Origin: Cyanidioschyzon merolae
Taxonomy: Eukaryota
Strand: one strand, 5' to 3'
DNA length: 64,000 nucleotides
Assembly (NCBI GenBank): GCA_000091205.1
Contig: AP006494.2
Position numbers and translations under genes: made by a program. The notes under the pieces are model-generated. The model saw only the letters and a program-made list of their open reading frames with translations. It was not told where the DNA came from and ran no database searches. Of this stretch, positions 45,734 through 56,345 are shown piece by piece. Within the stretch, counting starts at the first letter, position 1; each line of letters opens with the position of its first letter.

Positions 45734-47808
45734 AGCAATACCAGAAACAAACTTGCAACCCCGTTACTGTACGCGGAGAAACTGTGACCAAGTCGTTGAG
45801 GCGTGCGGGCCTTGTCTAGAACCGGTACCTACTTAGTGCACATGTGTCCGCGTAATTGCTGAACGAGTCCCGTTCCACCCAGAACACAGGGTACTCCAGA
45901 CGCTCGGGATTCGGGATGCATACTTATGTATCGAGATCGACTGCACCAGGATACCAGCTTTCATGTGTTCGATTGTCGGACTCCTTCCAGTGGAAAAACA
46001 ACTGAAATGCACATTCCTCCTGTACTGGCTATCTCGTAAAGCCATTCTCCTTCGGACGTGAATGCAACCTTCACAAGTGCAGACGGATTACACGTGGAGG
46101 AGTACATCGTGGAATTTCTGCGATAGCTCATCCTTTATATTTCTGTTCATTTTTCTCGCAGATATCCAACGAAAGGAATGCATCCCACAATGACAGGAAA
46201 AGTTGCGGGCAGACCTCATGCTGTCACAGGTAGCTGGCGAAGAACGACTGTAATAGTCCAAGACAGTCATTCTGCGGACAGCAAGTGAATGACACAGTCT
46301 TCTGGGGGATCATGTCTCGAACATCATGCATACAGAACAGATCTTCTCAAATTATATCTACATGACGGTCTCTTCGTCAATCACTTCAACTCCATACAAT
46401 AGCTAAAAATTACGGCCAAAGAAGGTACCTGATATGAGGTTTTCGCGCTACTAATACGAGCGCTGAGAACGGGACACATCTGGGTAAAAAAGGAACGATG
46501 CTATGGGAGAGCGTCGCGCTTTGAACAACATACTTTCGATTTAGCACTGGAACACGAACGCTCTTTACAGGAAACCCGAGTCTTCGTCTCACTCGGTACA
46601 GCTTTTTATGGAGAAATTGGCAGATCTGTCTGCGGGTGCGCAATCAGAGGCAAACCGCTGTTCGTAGAGAATCGGCAAGGGTACATCCTCACAACACCCG
46701 TCCTAGCGATAATCTAACCGACTGAGCGCCCACAGACAATCAAGCGGAGGGGATCCTTGAACACACCATGCTTCGTAGAAGCCCTGCGCGTGGCTTCTCT
46801 TCTCACATTCTTCGGTCATGCTTGTGGACGATGTCGTTTTCCATCACTCAAAACCGGTCGAAGAGAATGCTGTTGAGATTGGTGCAGAGCTGCAGCTCAT
46901 GCCTGCGTATTCTACCGAGTTGGACCGTGTCAATGCGTCCGCTCTGCTGTCGAACGGCATTCCTACGCTAACGAATCCTTAGACGGATCGTTGGTAGCCA
47001 TGTCGCTGTTCTGAAACAGCTATTCTCTGACTTTACCAGCGCTCGACAGCTCCGCTGGTTTAATGCTCGTGCGTTGGAGCGAGTGGAAAAGCGTACCTTC
47101 GCCCGTGGCCGTTCTCGCAACGGAGACGGTGACGAAAAGCATTTGGAAAATAGTAGAAGCATTCATAGATAAGGCGGGTATCCGTCCAGCGTTCACGCAG
47201 GGCGCATGAATCCCGACGAAGATGTACGGATACGGAGTAGGGCAACAACATCAATGCCGTTCCTCTTGGTGAAGCTGAAGGCGAAGGGGCTGGTCATCGC
47301 GAGCAAGTTCGAATCATTTGAACAAGTTCGCGAAGAGCAATGACGGAGCGCGTCCAAGACTTGTGTTCTCCAGTAAGGGTACGGGACGCATTTTTCGCGG
47401 ACGATGAAAACCGAAGGATTATCGATATATGTGCACTTCATAAAGCCTATGGCTTACTCGTGCAGAGAGACTTATTTTCATCCGATCAAGCTAGTTGGAG
47501 AAAAAACAGTCCGAGGTTATCGAGGGCCCTGGGTTCATGGCTTCACGGAGTTCGCTGTACCTCCAAATCTAGAAGAGAGAAGAATAGGGAGCTGTCGCTG
47601 AAAAATCCCCGAAAGGCTGGAGCTGATTCCACTAGGCAAAATACCAAACTTTATTAGGTACGTCCGAGTTAGCGGACCCTCTTGATTCCACTCTGACACA
47701 GGCGTAAGCATTGACTATAGCTAAGCTTCTTGGCACGGCGCCGTGAGGTAGCCCCCAGCGGTCTCGCAGACCTGGACGAGGAGTGCGACGATTCAGCGTC
47801 CGCCTTAT

Positions 47809-49302
47809 TTAGGTTTCACTTATATATTCCGATAGGTTCATATCAAACTTGCGGGCAACGTGTTCCGCGAGTTCGCGGCTCACGTAGCATCGGAGTCGCT
47901 GGCGCTCCGCTGAACGTGCCTGCGTTACGGAAGAAAAGAAACCCTGACCAATAAGACCCGCGAGTACAGCACCGGTCGGCGGTGTTGTACTCCATCGAAT
48001 AAGGCTGTCGGATTCTCTGAGCTCGGCATCCATGCTGCGTTCTGATATGGCCTCCAGGAGGCGTTGCAGACGCTCTAATGAGAATGACCTGGTCTTGCGG
48101 CCGGTTTCCTCATGGACGCGTGGGCCGCGCCGCCTTTTACGCCCCGCAACGCCACCTGCTGCTTTTTCAAACAGTTTTCGATCATGACTTGGCGGGATAT
48201 GAGCAGCAAGGTATCCGGCGAGCACTAAAGCATTCGAGAGGCGGGACTCTGTAGCAAGCATTTCCCGCCAAGTACGCTGTCCATGAAGAGCGTTCATCTT
48301 CTCGATACATTCTTTCGATTGCTTTGTCGAACGTGCATAGACTCCTGCGACCGCTTGTCGAAAATATGGTAAGCAAGCCGAGTACGCACCTGCGAGCGAA
48401 GCGGCGTGTCCGGGACGTGGGCGCCAGGCTTTTGCGTATTTTGGATACAAGACATCGCTCCAGTAGGACAACTCATTCAAATCGTTTGTGAGGTCGTGAC
48501 AAACATCCAGTAGTGTATCCACGAAAGCATCTGCACACAAATCTCGACCAGAGCTCTCGGGTGTCTGCGGCCGTTCCGCTTCACGAGGCTGGACGGCATT
48601 TGCAAAGGCACAATGTTGCAGCAAGATATCCCGCAATGCCGCTCGATCATAGGGCGGGAAGTAAAGCGTCCAATCTGGTGCATAGGAAGACTCAACAGGA
48701 TCGAATAGACGTGAGGGTGGAAGGCGAGACTCTACGAGCACGCTCCAGCGTAACAATGCGCCAGTGGTTGTGGCACCACGGCACCGATCCGCGAAAAATG
48801 ACAAGCGTCTGAGTGATGCCAGAATGCGGGAAAAGTCGTCCAAACCACGAAGCCACTCTATACCTTCCAGGTGCAAAACGAGGAAAACATCTCGCTCTTC
48901 GAGCCGCTCCAGCAGTTCTAATAAAGTATGCATGAAAAGTGGCAGGTTCCACCTCGCTGGTGGCTCCGGAACAGACAGCTCCCGGGCACCTGCGATCGCG
49001 TAAACCTCACGAGCAACTGCAGCCATGAACTGCTCGCCGCTCACAAGTGTTCGGCAGTCTACGTGAAGCCAGCCTACGGACGGCTCAGAACGCTCTAGCA
49101 TCGCACGCACAGCGGCCAAAGTCTTGGTCTTCCCGGTGCACGCCCTACCGTGCAGGTGGATCCAGGTACACGTGGGGAAGAGCTGGACCGTGGGGCACTC
49201 CGGCCCCTCATGGTTCGCAATAACCAGCCCCAGGGCAGCACAGATGTTTTGAAACTGCTCAGCACGGTGCTTTGGAACCTGCTCCCAGCAGTCCCATTCC
49301 AT
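47809..49302 (-). CDS. ORC5: Origin recognition complex subunit 5 (ORC5), AAA+
   Basis: Collinear with human ORC5: [36 protein letters not shown] vs [49 protein letters not shown] vs [26 protein letters not shown] vs PLDRLLAILYS. The track start at 49308 is GTG; ATG at 49302. Confidence 0.75.
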   Translation of the reverse strand: [497 protein letters not shown]

Positions 49303-50479
49303 CAGCACCTGGTAAAGATTTCAAATTGTCTACCAGTCCCGGAAACAGCCTTGAATCGCTCGGTCAACCGTGAAACGCTTACGTTGCCGATCGCCAGCAA
49401 CGCAACGTTCTCAAGTGCCTGCGATTAGAAACCGGATATGCCGGTGTACGAGCGTTGAGCAACCAGGCAGCCGTGTTAGAGCAGGTTTGTAATGTGTAAT
49501 ATAGTATAGGACAAAGGCGTCAACACGCAGACCTTTCCGGGCGCGCGGGAGCCCAACACGTGTTCGGCCCAGCGTCCTTCGTGCCCCGAGCAGACACTTA
49601 TATATTTGCACTCGACGATCGATACGCCTTAACAGAACCTTCGAGTCGTGTAGAAGCTCCACAGGTATCCCGTAGAGAGCCCTGGGTGCACCTTGTAAAA
49701 AGCGACAGCACGCAGTCAACCCAGCACAGCAGAAAAGTTTGCCGCTCATTTCCCGCCAGCATCGACGCGCAACATCGCCGCACTTTCGATACGAGAGCGC
49801 TTCGCTGAAGGCGTTCAGGCAAGTCACGAAACACCTGCAGAAGCGCTCCTTTTATTTCACTGCTGCAACCGAATCCGGAGCAAGATTGCGAGAAAGTTGA
49901 TTTGGACTGCGCTAACCGTCGCGAGCAGCTGTTGTAGGTTCGTACTGTACCAGAATTCTGAAGCTCTCGTCGCCTACGCAACTGCGGGCTGAAGAACACC
50001 GCGAGAAAGTTGCATCACCGTCGGACTTCACGTGAAACATAGGGGACACGTACCACTGCATCTTTGAGTTGTTTGCCTAGGTTTTAAGTTAGGTTCAAAG
50101 GGATTTCGGGGCTCGATTCTGCACAGTGAGTACTTGCTGGGATTTCACCTGCGTCTAGAGTGCAGGCGTGCTGCATCCGAAACTCAACCGTAGTTACTTG
50201 CGCGCGTCGCTCCTTTTAGAATTGAGGTAACGCACCGCATATTTCGTTGAACGCGAAAATTTGGTGTCTCTGTGGATACCCGGCGGCGGGAAGCTACCTG
50301 CGCAAGAGCGCATATACTAGCCCGGAACGCGGTGCGGCTTGCTGCCCTTCGATCGTCGCGGTATTCGCGGGTTGATTGCGCTCCTGGGCACTCGACAGGA
50401 ACCCGTACATCACTAGAACGGCCTTCGTTTGGAGTACTTCGTGGCCTTCGTGAAAAACCTTTTATTCTCAGAGGATTTC

Positions 50480-50737
50480 ATGCGCAGTCTACCTGATACG
50501 AAGCTGCTCGTAACGTTGCGTAGGTCGCTGCGAGGCGTCCCAGAGCGACAACGTCGTATTTTGGAGGCGCTCGGTCTTCGACGAATCAACCAGACGGTAT
50601 TGCATGAGGACGGCCCCGTTACATGGGGAGCGGTTCGCAAACTCATCCATTTGGTGGAACTCGAACGCGTCGCCGCTGCGGAGGCAGCTCAACGCCGTCG
50701 TCAGAAAAATGGCGTTCCGCCGTCGCCTCATCTCTAG
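50480..50737 (+). CDS. Mitochondrial ribosomal protein uL30 (bacterial-type L30)
   Basis: KLLVTLRRSLRGVPERQRRILEALGLRRINQTVLHEDGPVTWGAVRKLIHLVELE matches the uL30 ferredoxin-like fold consensus. The track start at 50429 is TTG; the first ATG is 50480 (86 aa). Confidence 0.6.
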   Translation: MRSLPDTKLLVTLRRSLRGVPERQRRILEALGLRRINQTVLHEDGPVTWGAVRKLIHLVELERVAAAEAAQRRRQKNGVPPSPHL

Positions 50738-50894
50738 AACACACGGCTCGGTTGTGGTGTTTAATTTTCGAGCAGGAAGCAGCTTGGCATGCCGAAACGC
50801 TCTTTACGTGCTCACTATGATTTACGTCGGATACGCGTTGTTCCATATCGACGTTAGTCGCGCGCGAGATTCAGCGTCGTACCAGTTGGGGACC

Positions 50895-53800
50895 TCACAA
50901 AACGCCAAACATTTTCTTCAGTTTCAAGACGAGCTGCCAGTCATCTTTCGTAAGCTCGTCTCTGTAGAGCTCTTTCAGCAAATCAATCGCTTTCCGTGTG
51001 ATTCGGCTATATAGTTTGAAGGTGTGATCGAATTGTCGGCCGTACATCACATGGCTTGTTTGGCGACTGCTTACTTTGATGGCCACCAGATCTCCCCGGC
51101 GAGCTTGCGTAACGGATTTCTTGTTGGATTCGATGCTCAGCACCCGTCCAATGTCAACCATGCGACTCGTTTCCTCGTGCACAGCAACGAGACTCGAGCC
51201 ACAGCGAAGGATGCCCTCGTCGATGCGCACACCCAGAATCAGTGGATCCCGTTTGTTGAATATGCTGTCTGGCAGGATCGTTGCACAAACGGGAAAGACA
51301 ATATCCACCTCTGCATCTCGTTTCTTCCGCTCTTTCACTTGCTCCATATACTTTCGGAAGTGATCGAACAAGTGATAGATGATGTCCGCGGTGAAAATCT
51401 GGACTCCGAGGTTCTCCGCCTCCTCGCGCGCTTCCCGTTCCACTTTCACATCAAAAGCTAAAATAACGGCATACTCAGGTCTGTGTTCCAGCATGGTTGA
51501 GGCTCGAACTACATCACGTTTGTGGACTGGACCGATATTCACACCGCTGACAGGAATCTTTGCATCCTTGCGGAGAAACTCCAGTAGTGCCTCTAGCGAA
51601 CCGAGCGTGCTCGCCTGCACATACACGCCCACGCCCGAGGTGTCCACGGCAGCAAGGGTTGTGCTCAAATCAGCCATTACTTCTTCTTTGAGATACTCAA
51701 TTTCATCAGGGTTCCGAGCCACAAACATCTGCGTCCCAGCGACGGCTTTCTCGAGGCCCTCGGCACTGATCTTGACGCCCTGTGCTGCCTCAATGCGCTT
51801 ATGGTGGATATATTGCCCCTTGACTCGCAATTCCTTCATTGGATGCGGCGTCAGTAAAGCTCGAATGGTTGTGACGATGGGTCCATCCAGCCCGCACACC
51901 ACAATCGTGTCGGCCTCGTGGAGAGCGCCCCCAGTGAGCACCACATCGATTGTCGTTCCGAGGCCGTCAATGACTTTCACCTCCAGAACCGTGCAGTACA
52001 CAAAGTCTATGAACTTGAGACGCTCTACAAGCAGCCGCTGTGGAAGCTGAACAAGCAGCATCAGCAAATCGGGAATGCCCTCGCCGCTGATTGCCGAAGT
52101 GGGCACCAGGGATAAATTCCGCCGATAGTCAGTGTTCTCCCAGTATAGCTCCGCATTAAAGCCGATTTCCGCGAAGGCGGTCTTCGTTTCCCTTACCCGG
52201 CGCTCAAACTCAGCAGCAGTCGACGGATTCTCTTCCAAAGCCTGCCGAATGGGGGCCATCGGGCAAGGCTTCCAACCGTATAAGCGATCCACCTTGTTCA
52301 ATGCCACGATAAAAGGAGTCTTCCGCATCTTCAAGAGCTCAATCGATTCAAGCGTCTGCTGTTCGAGCCCATGCATGATGTCCACAACGAGGATGGCGAT
52401 ATCGCACAACGACGAGCCCCGAGAGCGCAAATTCGTGAACGACTCATGCCCGGGGGTGTCGATGATCAGCAACGACGGAATTCGGTACGTCAGCTCGGGG
52501 TTCACTTTCGCTGCTTCCTGACGAACCGCTTCAATAGGGAAATAGGTAGCACCAATTTGCTGCGTAATGCCGCCAGCCTCACCCTCTTGAACATGGGTGT
52601 GCCTTATTTTGTCCAGTAACTTGGTTTTCCCAGTATCCACGTGTCCCAGGATGCAAATAATTGGTGAGCGCAGTCGATCAGCGGACGCAGCTGTCCGTGC
52701 AGCAGCCTCATCAGCAAGGCGTTGACGCACAGCGAGCTGTCGGCGCTCTTCTGCGCTAAGGGCAGGGCCTGAGGGCTGCACCCGAGCTGGCTCACTGAAG
52801 CGCACCTTGCCCGAAATGGCTTCTTTCTGCTCAGCGTCGTCGTCGACACCGCTTTCTGAAGCAAGCGATAGCACGTGCTCGTCTTCTCCAGAACCCGAAT
52901 CACTGAATGCATCCGTCAAGTGCGCTTCGAAGCTATCAGGCACAGCCGCCACTCGGGCATCGCTGGCAGCTGCGACTGTTTTAGTCGAGTCGGAGGCCGT
53001 TGCAGCAACCTGCGCTGCCGCCTTGACACCTGTAGAGGTCGTCTGCTCCGAGTCCGTGCCAGTCGGGTCCTTGGGCCTGGGTTTCTTCTTGCGGTCGTCA
53101 TAGACTCTTTTTGATCGTTTGGTCGCTTCTTGCGGGAGCGTCGCTGCAGCGATTGCACCGCTTGCCATGCTCAGTTGAATGAATGCTTCTACGCGTTGCT
53201 TTCGTTGACGTTCACTCTTCGACAAGAGCTTACCCTCGCGACGGAGCTGCTCGCGACGGGCTCGTTCGGCCTCCTTCTTCTGACGTCGTTCCTCTTCTCG
53301 TTGTCGCGCCTCTTCCTCTTCCCGTTGCTGACGCTCGCGCTCGCGGGCCAGGCGGTCCTCCTCTTCTTGACGGCGCCGTTCCTCTTCCTCTGCTCGTCGC
53401 TGCTGCTCTGCCAAGATACGACGAACGATCGCCTTACTCGCATTGGAAGGAGCACTGGATGGCAGCTCACTGGATTCGGCTACTGCCTCAGCTTTTTTTG
53501 AAGCTTCCTTCTGCTTCTTCTTCAGCCGCTTCTTTTGTGCAGCCGTCAGTTGCTGACTCTGTGCCTCTCCGACATGATTCCGGTCCTCTATCTGCGCTTC
53601 CGCAATACGCTCCTCAGCTGCTGATTGATCCGACAAAGACTGAGTTTGATCTACAACTGTGCCAGCTTGCGACGTATGCCGATTTTTCGGATCCGAGACG
53701 GGAGACGCCCCGGGTGATTCTTGCGCAGCAGGTCTCTCTTGCACCCGAGGTGCATCGCCACCTGCAGATACCACCTGCTCCCCGTGCTGGGCTTCATCAG

Positions 53801-54692
53801 CCTGGCGACTGGCAAGGTCTGACGCATCGTGCCTTTCTGCAGCTTCTGCTGCAAGCAGCTCTTCGAACGATGCGTCTTGATCGTCGATTTCCTTCTGAGT
53901 AGCTTTTTTGGCCTTCCGTTTCTGTTTCTTGCTCGATTTCGTCTTTGTGGATTCCTCCTCAACTGCTTCGAGCTCCGCGAGAATGGCCTCAATTTCGGCA
54001 TCTTCCTCGTGCGACACCCCCGTATTCCCTTTCTTAGCGGAGGAGGAACGTTTGGTTGTCGTGTTGCGGAGAGCATCTGTGGGTGTCCAGGTACTGGGCA
54101 CCGCACCGGCCCGCGCATAATTCTTCTCTTTCGAAGTTGTCCCTGAAATCTCTGTTCCCGAACTAGTGCCGATCGCGTTACGAAAATCTTGCGGAACCGC
54201 AAGTGCCCCCGAGGCAGGGCTTCGTGAACCGTTCAACGAGGTATTATCACCGGTCCTACCACTTCGCCTGTGACTCGACCGGGTCGAATCGCTGCTCTGG
54301 GCGTCATCAGCGTCGGAGTTACCCTCGTCCGAGAGGCCAAGTGCTGAGAAAGCTGCAAATATGGAATTTCCTGGAGCGCTTTCGCCTATCCCAAGGTCTT
54401 CGTCGACGTCGGCGGGTCTCGGAAGCTCCCGCGAGACCCCGCGTCGACCGCGTTCCGGACGGTGAACTGTCTCCGTCTTAAGGTCTGACAAGCTTTCCTT
54501 ATTTCGTTTCCCCCTAGAGGCGTCAAGAGAAAGAGTAGTGACTCCCTCGTTCCCTAAAGATTGTCGGTGATCAGTTACGTTAAAAGTGGAGTCCTCTCCG
54601 TCTAGTGCTGGTAAAGCGGGCGCTCCAGACTTCTTCTTCTTCGCCTTTTTACCGCCCTTGACGGCCACAGGCATCTCTATATCCGGTTCCAT
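50895..54692 (-). CDS. EIF5B: Translation initiation factor eIF5B (IF2 homologue)
   Basis: K/E-rich N-terminal region, then a GTPase domain (IICILGHVDTGKTKLLDKIRHT, DTPGHESF, NKVDR) and the C-terminal beta-barrel domains. 1265 aa. ATG confirmed at 54690-54692. Confidence 0.9.
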   Translation of the reverse strand: MEPDIEMPVAVKGGKKAKKKKSGAPALPALDGEDSTFNVTDHRQSLGNEGVTTLSLDASRGKRNKESLSDLKTETVHRPERGRRGVSRELPRPADVDEDLGIGESAPGNSIFAAFSALGLSDEGNSDADDAQSSDSTRSSHRRSGRTGDNTSLNGSRSPASGALAVPQDFRNAIGTSSGTEISGTTSKEKNYARAGAVPSTWTPTDALRNTTTKRSSSAKKGNTGVSHEEDAEIEAILAELEAVEEESTKTKSSKKQKRKAKKATQKEIDDQDASFEELLAAEAAERHDASDLASRQADEAQHGEQVVSAGGDAPRVQERPAAQESPGASPVSDPKNRHTSQAGTVVDQTQSLSDQSAAEERIAEAQIEDRNHVGEAQSQQLTAAQKKRLKKKQKEASKKAEAVAESSELPSSAPSNASKAIVRRILAEQQRRAEEEERRRQEEEDRLARERERQQREEEEARQREEERRQKKEAERARREQLRREGKLLSKSERQRKQRVEAFIQLSMASGAIAAATLPQEATKRSKRVYDDRKKKPRPKDPTGTDSEQTTSTGVKAAAQVAATASDSTKTVAAASDARVAAVPDSFEAHLTDAFSDSGSGEDEHVLSLASESGVDDDAEQKEAISGKVRFSEPARVQPSGPALSAEERRQLAVRQRLADEAAARTAASADRLRSPIICILGHVDTGKTKLLDKIRHTHVQEGEAGGITQQIGATYFPIEAVRQEAAKVNPELTYRIPSLLIIDTPGHESFTNLRSRGSSLCDIAILVVDIMHGLEQQTLESIELLKMRKTPFIVALNKVDRLYGWKPCPMAPIRQALEENPSTAAEFERRVRETKTAFAEIGFNAELYWENTDYRRNLSLVPTSAISGEGIPDLLMLLVQLPQRLLVERLKFIDFVYCTVLEVKVIDGLGTTIDVVLTGGALHEADTIVVCGLDGPIVTTIRALLTPHPMKELRVKGQYIHHKRIEAAQGVKISAEGLEKAVAGTQMFVARNPDEIEYLKEEVMADLSTTLAAVDTSGVGVYVQASTLGSLEALLEFLRKDAKIPVSGVNIGPVHKRDVVRASTMLEHRPEYAVILAFDVKVEREAREEAENLGVQIFTADIIYHLFDHFRKYMEQVKERKKRDAEVDIVFPVCATILPDSIFNKRDPLILGVRIDEGILRCGSSLVAVHEETSRMVDIGRVLSIESNKKSVTQARRGDLVAIKVSSRQTSHVMYGRQFDHTFKLYSRITRKAIDLLKELYRDELTKDDWQLVLKLKKMFGVL

Positions 54693-54750
54693 GACAGTAT
54701 CTACGTGCGCTTTACGTACACTGCACCGCCGCGGACACCATCAACGCCGT
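54665..54750 (-). repeat. Copy C of the conserved Fanzor-unit 3' element; overlaps the eIF5B start codon and 5' region
   Basis: ctctatatccggttccatgacagtatctacgtgcgctttacgtacactgcaccgccgcggacaccatcaa shares the blocks tatatcc, ggt.cat, gtat.tgc and tacactgc with copies A and B. It lies directly 3' of the RuvC-III ORF (stop at 54752). Confidence 0.5.
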
Positions 54751-55724
54751 TCTAGGTCGAGCGACGCCAACCGTGCACAGTAGTGGCGAGAAAGCCGTCC
54801 CAGACGGGGCGTCGCCAACCGACGTGCAGACGCCCCCCAGTATTTTTGGACCGGCCACCTACGGCTGCTTCCAACTTCTTCTCATATAGTTCCACTTTGA
54901 GAGGTTGTCCAATAAAGTTCGCTCTTGGCAAGTACGGAGGTCTGTTCTCCAGCATCGCACATCTCCTTATATTGATAGCGGCGTTTAAGTCACGGTTCAC
55001 AACTCCATCCGTTTCTTGCCATCATTAGTTGTGCTAATCAATGCGAGTAGTCCACGAACTTTCGCCCTCCTTTCCATTTGCTCCTCCGTCAGCGGTCCGT
55101 ACTTTTTTATATCCTCAGGGCTCCTCTGGCACTTTTCCATCTCCACTCCCTGAAGTGTACGACCCAGCTCATGGTGTGTATAGGACGTTCGGAACTCATC
55201 TACAGGTATCGTAACGAAACGCCGTGCACACTCTTTGTACGTTCTTGTCGTTGGAGCTGGCGTTGTTCCTTTTTGGGTCTTCCAGCGCCCTGCTCCATAA
55301 GCCACTACGAGCCTCTGATTTTCATCCTCCTTGAGGGCACTCAACTGATTGAAAAAATTCGCGAACGCGCGCTGCCTCCCACCGTGTAGATTCATTCGCA
55401 GACGAGCCCACCGGGGCTTTGTATACTCCTCCCACAGAGCATCCCAATGCGCAACACGAACTTCCATGAATTTCCGAAAAACTTCAAAGTCCGCTCCGCG
55501 GCTCGTCACCTCGCTCATAGCTTCCAGGTGATCCTTCATTCCTGAATTCCAAGTCTCGATTTTCTTCCTCGCATTCATTATACCAGATTCTCGATAGCAT
55601 CTCGCTCTCGAGAACCTCAAAAGACGCATGTCTTTCTGACGTACGTTACCATCAGTACCATCTTCCGCAAGCTTGGGTATTGCGATGGTGATGATATTCG
55701 TGTTCCCAGGGTCCGCGCCAACGA

Positions 55725-56013
55725 CAAAGTCGTCATCGTGCACTTTCTGCATCGCAGGATCCGCCTCCTTCTTTTCTTCGTGCTTCACCGCGCCAACGAC
55801 AAGGTCGTCATCCTCCACCTCCTGAATCGCAGGTTCGGCCTCATTCTCATCTTCATGGTTCGCCGCGCCAACGACAAGGTCGTTATCCTCCACCTCCTGC
55901 GTCGCAGGACCCGCCTCCTTCTCATCTTCATCCTTCGTCACGTCAACGACAAAGTCGTTATCCTCCACCTCCTGCGTCGCAAGATCCGCCTCCTTCTCAT
56001 CTTCATGGTTCGC
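55725..56013 (-). repeat. 78-bp tandem repeat (~3.7 copies) inside the Fanzor-like ORF, encoding acidic 26-aa repeats ([26 protein letters not shown])
   Basis: Each repeat ends in DD[FL]VVG[AD], i.e. a reiteration of the segment immediately N-terminal to the RuvC-I motif. It shows on the + strand as ORF 55738-56259 with repeated KVVILHLL. Confidence 0.8.
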
Positions 56014-56149
56014 CGAGGGCGGAACTGGCCGATCTTTCTTCAACCGCCGATAGTGTACACACAAGGCTACTCCATCGATTTCGATCATCCCAGTGAACAA
56101 CTTTTGCTTGTTCACTCTCAGACGTTTGAAATTGGAGACGTTCTTCAAG

Positions 56150-56260
56150 TACGTCTCCCGGTTTTCGCCGGTGAAGTTCTCCCTGCTGACACTGAACTCC
56201 GGACTGATGTCCCTCATGATGCCGTAGAGGACGCCGGAGTCGATAGTCACAAAACGTGAC
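56150..56260 (-). repeat. Internal copy of the unit tail plus 3' element at the junction of two head-to-tail Fanzor-like units
   Basis: + strand tcccggttttcgccggtgaagttctccctgctgacactgaactccgg aligns with copy C (tatccggttccatgacagtatctacgtgcgctttacgtacactgcaccgccgcgg). The adjacent coding [13 protein letters not shown] aligns with FDSVPVSNIKAHY next to copy A. Confidence 0.4.
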
Positions 56261-56345
56261 TTGATGTTGCACATTGGAACCACGTCGAAGCGCTTCCCCA
56301 TTAGGAAAGCCTTCCGTCTCTCCCACTCTTCATTTTTTTTCTCAC

